The position numbers and the translations under genes are program-made. Below the pieces are notes generated by a model that worked only from the letters and a program-made list of their open reading frames with translations, ran no database searches and was not told the origin of the DNA. Shown piece after piece: positions 60,201 through 64,000 of a DNA stretch of 64,000 bases (positions are counted from its first letter, which is position 1; the number at the start of each line of letters is the position of its first letter). Source of the DNA: an uncultured virus (IMG/VR IMGVR_UViG_3300030102_004953). Taxonomy: Duplodnaviria > Heunggongvirae > Uroviricota > Caudoviricetes. The DNA lies in the IMG/VR virus record IMGVR_UViG_3300030102_004953; one strand, 5' to 3'.

Positions 60201-62570
60201 TTGATTAGAACTACCACTAACTACAAGAGTAAATTCTTGTCCTGTTTCTACTGTAGAAGAACCTGATACAACATCTATATTTGGAACAGGCTGTCCTACT
60301 CGTATAGGTGCACCTATAAATGTTTTTGTACCACCTGCAAATGAAGCCTCTATTCTTGGTGTATAAGATCCTGGTTCAGTATAAGTTATATCAGCAGTTT
60401 GTGAAGAGGCTGACATCTCTATATCAGATATGCCAGTTTTTAAAATTCTTGAAGTAGGACTTCCTTCTCCATCCTCTGTAAACCTAACAGTAAGAGGTGC
60501 AGTTCCCTCAGAGTTATTAACAGAAAAGTGTGGGCGAGGTGTGCTTGCGTTGTTAACAACTTGTTTAATAGCTACATTTGATTTTCTACCAAGAGAATCT
60601 ATAGCCCAATGTTCAATATTATAGTTACCAGCTGCTTGATACGATGCTGAAACTGCAGAGCCTGTTACAGTAGTTTTGTATAATTCAAACCCATCCCAAT
60701 ATACTGTTTTACCAGAACTCTGTTTAGCATTTATCCTAAAACTTGCATACTTTGTAGATGGGTGTAAAAATCTACTATGAACTTGCAATCTCGTCCAACC
60801 ACTTGAGTTTACTTGTGTTAATGGTGATTCAACGATGTTACCAAATTGGTCATCTAAAGAACCTATAGTTTCAAAGTTCTCATCTAAACCAAATAACATT
60901 AGGCTAACAAAAGCATTACCACTATTACATCTAGCATAAGCATCTATCGTAAATCCATCCGATTGAGTAGCTGGTGCTAGATTAGCAGTACTACTACCAC
61001 GATAGTGTCCGAAGTAAGCCTCATCAGCATTTGGTGCTTGTGCTAAAGCGTGTGAACCACTATACTTAACACTTGATTGTCTTGTTACACTTGAGTTACC
61101 TACACTATACCCATCCCAAAATCCACTTAAAGCACTACCAAATATACCATTAGGTGCATAATTTAAAAACTGGCTACCAGTTGGACGGGCTCTATCAAAA
61201 TACCAATAAAAATTATCAATTTCTGCACCACTACCAATAGTCGCTGAAGAAGTAACATTAAAATTAGCATCAGCATTAACAACAGAGTTAGATATTGTAA
61301 AATCTGCGACAGGTGGATTAGGTGCAACTAATATAGTTCTACTTACAACATCGTTTTGTGCATCATAATTATTTTTAACAGTGTGTTTTACGGTATATGT
61401 TCCACTACCTGTATACTCGTGTATTACCTTTCTACCTGCAGAACCTGTTACCTCAAGAACTCTACCATCACCGAACTCCCAAACAAATGTTGTATCATCT
61501 AAATTATCATCTGGATTATTCGATACATCACTACTAGCAGAAATAATACTTCTATCACTAAATCTAAATCTAGCTCGTGTAAAGTTAGTATCTTTGATTG
61601 GGTCTAAACTACCAGTTAGGTATTCAGTTTCATTAGCAGAGGCTTCATTAATAGTACCATCCGATATAATCATACTAGCACTTGGTGTTGCTGGTGGGTT
61701 TACTGTGATTGTTACATCATCTTTACCACCAAAACCAAATGGTGAATTACCAACTGCTCTTACTGTATAAGTTCCAGCCTTTGTATATGTATGAGTTCCA
61801 TTTATATTTTGTGGATTAAATGTATCTGTAGTACCATCACCCCAATCGAAGTTTACATTTTTTACTGCACCATCTACACTAGCTTTTAACTTAACTTCAT
61901 ATTTTCTATTTCTTAAAACACCCGTTGGTTTTGTATCATCAAGAAAATCTAACTCAATATTACCTGGTTGAATCAACCACGGATTTAAAAATTGTTGTAC
62001 ACCAAACGGAACTCTTTTACCTGATAAACTTCCACTTATTTGTATGTTTACTTCTCGTTCACCTACTCTTGGAATTACCTCTTTTACTAATGTTTCAGAT
62101 ACAGATATTTTTGGTGCTCTTAAAAATATAATCTTTTCATTGTTAGGAGCTGCTGGGTCTAATAAAATTTGTGCTTGATATCTTACATTGTAAACACCTT
62201 GAAATTCTGGTGGTATTTCTATTCCACCATTTAAATTTGGGTCAGGATTAATCTCACCTAATAATGTAAGTGTAGCTAAACCAGCTGGTGCGTTTTCGTA
62301 AACCTCTATAGTTAATCTTCTTGATGTACCCTCTAAGTAATTTCTAATAGGATTTACGTAAATCGGTTCTCCATTAGCATCTACTAATTCATATAGAATA
62401 TCCGTTTCTTTTTTAAGAGTATCAGAACCATCTATTAATATAGAAGAACGACCAGTAGGAATTACGGGTGGTAAATCAAGTAAATTAAAGTAGGTATTAT
62501 TAGTATCCTCTACAAAAACTTGTACTTGATTTAGATTTTGTTTTTTTACTGTTTTGCGAATTAAAGCCAT
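54261..62570 (-). CDS. Giant tail/baseplate protein with PKD repeats, CBM-like domain, IGG[WF] repeats and C-terminal S74 chaperone
   Basis: FDWGDG..HTY..AGTYTV PKD units, G.IGG[FW].I repeats, SDRRLKENI..GLIAQEV..IDYSKL. Confidence 0.8.
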   Translation of the reverse strand: MALIRKTVKKQNLNQVQVFVEDTNNTYFNLLDLPPVIPTGRSSILIDGSDTLKKETDILYELVDANGEPIYVNPIRNYLEGTSRRLTIEVYENAPAGLATLTLLGEINPDPNLNGGIEIPPEFQGVYNVRYQAQILLDPAAPNNEKIIFLRAPKISVSETLVKEVIPRVGEREVNIQISGSLSGKRVPFGVQQFLNPWLIQPGNIELDFLDDTKPTGVLRNRKYEVKLKASVDGAVKNVNFDWGDGTTDTFNPQNINGTHTYTKAGTYTVRAVGNSPFGFGGKDDVTITVNPPATPSASMIISDGTINEASANETEYLTGSLDPIKDTNFTRARFRFSDRSIISASSDVSNNPDDNLDDTTFVWEFGDGRVLEVTGSAGRKVIHEYTGSGTYTVKHTVKNNYDAQNDVVSRTILVAPNPPVADFTISNSVVNADANFNVTSSATIGSGAEIDNFYWYFDRARPTGSQFLNYAPNGIFGSALSGFWDGYSVGNSSVTRQSSVKYSGSHALAQAPNADEAYFGHYRGSSTANLAPATQSDGFTIDAYARCNSGNAFVSLMLFGLDENFETIGSLDDQFGNIVESPLTQVNSSGWTRLQVHSRFLHPSTKYASFRINAKQSSGKTVYWDGFELYKTTVTGSAVSASYQAAGNYNIEHWAIDSLGRKSNVAIKQVVNNASTPRPHFSVNNSEGTAPLTVRFTEDGEGSPTSRILKTGISDIEMSASSQTADITYTEPGSYTPRIEASFAGGTKTFIGAPIRVGQPVPNIDVVSGSSTVETGQEFTLVVSGSSNQVSSTPGQLKQISVAWGDGSSDLLTYPNGITLKGTDSSSADFTHTYTTAGSYKASIVATDAADIASVSSSLAVTVNASTAVVLNDTDIIIDDDTVSNTPTASLSFGNHTAITRANASHSAAYATEITAYTWSLNDSDGAELTRLGHGKNVDFIVDDSDIKSVGLQVGVHGVQSNKVYYQLNAVDTGGDAKENAVTQDDDNNYDDGQSQDSNSDRNASNSGQNSDNDGTYDTSGDDRYDEQQNAGSPIVQDYEITLDSLSGNRKVGNSIYGAKVKVDRYELLDFAKGAGYTVTDLISQNLPYEFDIADIQNGKIIPSAKPLVFNNTVADLSKKLIEIPDLASSPYTMSFNETQEYDFNEVNFISKTNIRLSNLRTVSGDVYRAKVYYKTRNDSEYKFLTERVLEAREELVDKLHLKGRLMKGFFPTSSIFTSYWSGSQGTEAGYIGGNERGLLIEMTGSTASVSDITDSILISGSNYSEKDNVALWLKDTSTRNVATKGNVSAENRPLIFGGQEYSLRFNAKPIKAPKQVRENDSLVERQKAELKVYVSGSGLNLTKKGADFKSTPWGYLIGIVNPDDKGPDANITFPKSVYQNFILEDTARATLQFVATAGRWYINNVSLRQARESGFNPNNMDIITDTPELTQRPQKITYKVEYFTKDGKQADLVTYTPNSTDIQGSNTVFSGDDNVMPGTLTINNGLGEGQGFELSGQSSAYFRTKSYKGFEKATTGEGPPGIIMFSGSVGESIDSAETYDGLGLELHAGGDEGSLKFRSNPSVFEVKAKSFFLGSDSQFVSGSGGNIEISSSNFHLSSSGDVAVKGNIKAETGEIGGFTIGREKLSGETFYLRGNADETSTTDTGIFISSSNFQVRASGELSASAGNIAGWNIGGATLESDNIIFSSTGSIRTKDYVPKQKGWAIDDIGFAEFSNVFVRGTLATTTFEKQTVNAVGGRLLVSNATTISGSVGASATAIPVQNAAGFRAGELLFCKKVDDTGFNSEFLKLTAAFSASDQTGNSTGFDHALTVTRAAAGSVTGSIGNFSGESSVATTYEDGQVIISFGRPGTGFIDINANPTDTDTPYIDIVESGSGGFSRKARLGDLGGLAGTGAVFGAANPGFGLMSENVFLSGRVSATEGNIGSWNITNTGLITGSNITLDANSSRIFKTDENGELDGYYIDFTPTGSNFYVRFGTDFAVSSSGQLFASGAKIEGVLTSSLGLIGGWTIGSSTLTGGDVTLSSDGSVKAGTLANASTVATTNKGFFASGSGDVLIKGDDNNTNYIKFDADGGNGALEIKTGNFSVDSSGDVSISGEITAQTGTIGGFNIGTDLDASSGTLKLKGSSGQLTASAAQITGNITATSGQIGGFTIDSTTLSGSNIAVSSSKGGSIKLGDAVSAPYVNGSTSVTGSNGIFLSGSGEFNFQSGSSFMRGTYPDGLSMNFPSFSINPAGDIVAQNANIAGNIAATTGFFGSADTTGWIIDGNKIRDANSEIEIDATPGSPNITITSGSFIGELVPNFTPAATILQAGGKSSSHTGMSDNLPSGNRTQATGLTINNTQTSSPIFLYAGDSGSANNTSFSAEIASSSGSVDLKTLSAGSKYRSTATLNIEVTIATPNHDSLDYNSGLSGTYFLSGSLKLQRKQSSTYTEVGSLSLDGTRFPSGGGSSDSTTFTTTRNISIDHTGVAEGYFFEVNNLTVTNNALTENYALINPFKDFTQATSIESIKAYFTSIKHEPSNKKTELAPSGFQTIALEDTTLANEANAYFRAAPEEAKTVEILGSTHLTGSLIVSDFSNTSGLIRLAGDGSTGTGVSLQFGSTPTIARANGFFLQESTGVSQQPQGLILNGHGSSTQNELFAFGRDGHLHVKDDVTAFSTSVGSDRRLKENIKPLENNLEKILELKPSSFRWKINQKKDDVGLIAQEVEPILPEVVKEVHSIGNEVVDLTGEIHHKTIDYSKLTTFLIGAIQEQQKQIDELKKKLEEL

Positions 62571-62613
62571 AGTTGTAAATAAATATCACTACTTACATAT
62601 AATTATTATAAAA

Positions 62614-62631
62614 GTGTGTATTGGGTGTGTA
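62614..62631 (+). promoter_or_regulatory. Direct repeat GTGTGTA (11-bp period), candidate RHH operator
   Basis: gtgtgta-ttgg-gtgtgta immediately before the RHH start codon. Confidence 0.45.
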
Positions 62632-62634
62632 TAT

Positions 62635-62805
62635 ATGAAAAAAAGATATAATTTTACTTTAGATAAAAAAGTAAAACAAAAATTAGAGGAATACTCTAAG
62701 GATAACTATACTACAATGTCTGCAGTATTAACTCGTTTAATACTAAGTTTAGATAAGAAACCGACAGGTACTGTAAAATTACCTGCTAAGAGAATCCAAA
62801 GTTAA
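62635..62805 (+). CDS. Ribbon-helix-helix (CopG-like) regulator
   Basis: MKKRYNFTLD..V...LEEYS......MS.VL..LI; the only convincing plus-strand gene. Confidence 0.7.
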   Translation: MKKRYNFTLDKKVKQKLEEYSKDNYTTMSAVLTRLILSLDKKPTGTVKLPAKRIQS

Positions 62806-64000
62806 TATTACTATAGCCTGATTGTTTCTTGATTTCTAATAGTGTATCTACAGTATCTCTCATTTGTTCGATATGAGATACAATAACAACAAATTGGAAT
62901 TGTGTTTTTAGATACTGAAAGAAGTTGTATATAGAGTTTAGGTTATCACTATCCATAGAGCCAAATCCCTCATCTATAGCGAGGAAGTTACCTCTTGGTA
63001 GATTACATACATTTATTAAACCAACTCGGAGAGCGAGTGATGATATGAATCTTTCCATACCACTTGATAACTCAAGAGGCCAGATATTATCATCATCATA
63101 AACAATATGATTGTTGATGGTTTTCCCATCCATTTCGAAAATAATACCAAAATCTACGATTTGAGATAGGATATTGTTCACCTCGCCCTCTATAGTTGGT
63201 AAAGCATCTTGTATTAGTTTATATGGAACACCATCCCTACTAACAGCGCTTAAGTAGTATTGATAAGCACCTACCTTATCTTCTAACTCTTCCATTTCAC
63301 TAATACTCTTTAACAAACCTTTTCTTTTACTATCTAATACTGCTATATTTTTATCAGCATCATATTTTTTACCAGCATATTCCTTAATACCAGATTCTAG
63401 TATACTAATCTCTGTATCACATTCCTCTATTTTTTTCTCTACAATTCTATTGTGTATAATAGATTTTTTTTGTCTTTCAAACTTATCTATATCTTCTAAG
63501 ATATACTTTTTGTTTTGTTTTAAGGATTTAGCTTTTTCTATGATTACTTCTTTGTTATTTGATAGTTTTTGTAATTTTATATTTAAGTTTTCTACTATCT
63601 TTGTTAATGCGTTATACTCATCTTCTTTTAATTCTAAACTATTCACTTTATTTTTTATCTTTTCTATATCCGACAAATATTCTGTTCTCTGCTCTTTATG
63701 TAATTGAATAGATTCAATAGCGTTTTTAGCATCTTTTACAAATGGATTAGTTGTACAAGCATCACAATCTTCATTCCATTTCCAACTTTGTAATTTATCA
63801 ATAGCGCCTTGTTCAACTTGTATTTCTGATTCTAAGGTTAGTATTAACTTTTCGTAATTAAGTAAATTTCTTTTCTCATTTTCAAGTTCAGATAAATCTG
63901 GCTTTGTAATATTAACTTTATTCTTTTTTATTTCGTTTTCTACTTCTTCTATTCTTTCTTCTGTATTAGAAAACTCATCAGCTAAACTTTTAGTTTTTAA
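62786..64000 (-). CDS. Rad50/SbcC-like recombination ATPase (T4 gp46-like), 5' part outside the window
   Basis: Frame is open to the window end; Zn-hook CDAC, coiled coil, LSSGME signature, IDEGFGSMD, IVSH. Confidence 0.92.
   Translation of the reverse strand, partial: LKTKSLADEFSNTEERIEEVENEIKKNKVNITKPDLSELENEKRNLLNYEKLILTLESEIQVEQGAIDKLQSWKWNEDCDACTTNPFVKDAKNAIESIQLHKEQRTEYLSDIEKIKNKVNSLELKEDEYNALTKIVENLNIKLQKLSNNKEVIIEKAKSLKQNKKYILEDIDKFERQKKSIIHNRIVEKKIEECDTEISILESGIKEYAGKKYDADKNIAVLDSKRKGLLKSISEMEELEDKVGAYQYYLSAVSRDGVPYKLIQDALPTIEGEVNNILSQIVDFGIIFEMDGKTINNHIVYDDDNIWPLELSSGMERFISSLALRVGLINVCNLPRGNFLAIDEGFGSMDSDNLNSIYNFFQYLKTQFQFVVIVSHIEQMRDTVDTLLEIKKQSGYSNINFGFS

Noticed and set aside
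8231..62131. Many plus-strand ORFs of 60-200 aa inside long minus-strand genes
   Set aside because: Antisense shadows of Ser/Thr/Gly/Asp-rich genes; no recognisable motifs.
1524..62585. TATAAATA copies as canonical T4 late promoters on the plus strand
   Set aside because: No plus-strand genes follow them (except possibly the RHH gene); positions track minus-strand starts.
1..64000. Stop-codon reassignment, tRNAs, introns/inteins, diversity-generating retroelement
   Set aside because: ORFs tile densely under the standard code with all three stops in use; no cloverleaf, interrupted core gene, reverse transcriptase or adenine-specific repeat pair was seen by eye.

Overview
A 64 kb, AT-rich segment of a large T4-like (jumbo-type) tailed phage genome. 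Almost all genes are on the minus strand and use the standard genetic code. In window order it holds: a glycosylation/carbamoylation locus (TibC/Aah-like heptosyltransferase and a GT2, each fused to one half of a split carbamoyltransferase); three collagen-like fibres and other Ser/Thr/Gly-rich virion proteins; neck and tail-completion genes; the head module (major capsid, scaffold, ribosomal protein bS21, prohead protease, portal, large terminase); a run of probable head-packaged proteins; a cell-envelope module (cohesin-dockerin-cohesin protein with a T9SS-type sorting domain, PorV-like barrel, two CsgG-like proteins, a second barrel, a 21-aa 9-Cys peptide); a GH108 endolysin; two 2OG-Fe(II) oxygenases; two giant virion proteins; and the 3' part of a Rad50/gp46 gene. 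Gln after signal peptides, D-S/T sequons, the T9SS domain and PorV point to a Bacteroidota/FCB-group host. The most notable candidates are the phage-encoded surface-display module, a pervasive [ST]-x-S motif in virion proteins next to modifying enzymes, a structured intergenic RNA, and a promoter-like motif that is the reverse complement of the T4 late promoter. All family assignments come from motif recognition by eye; no database searches were run.
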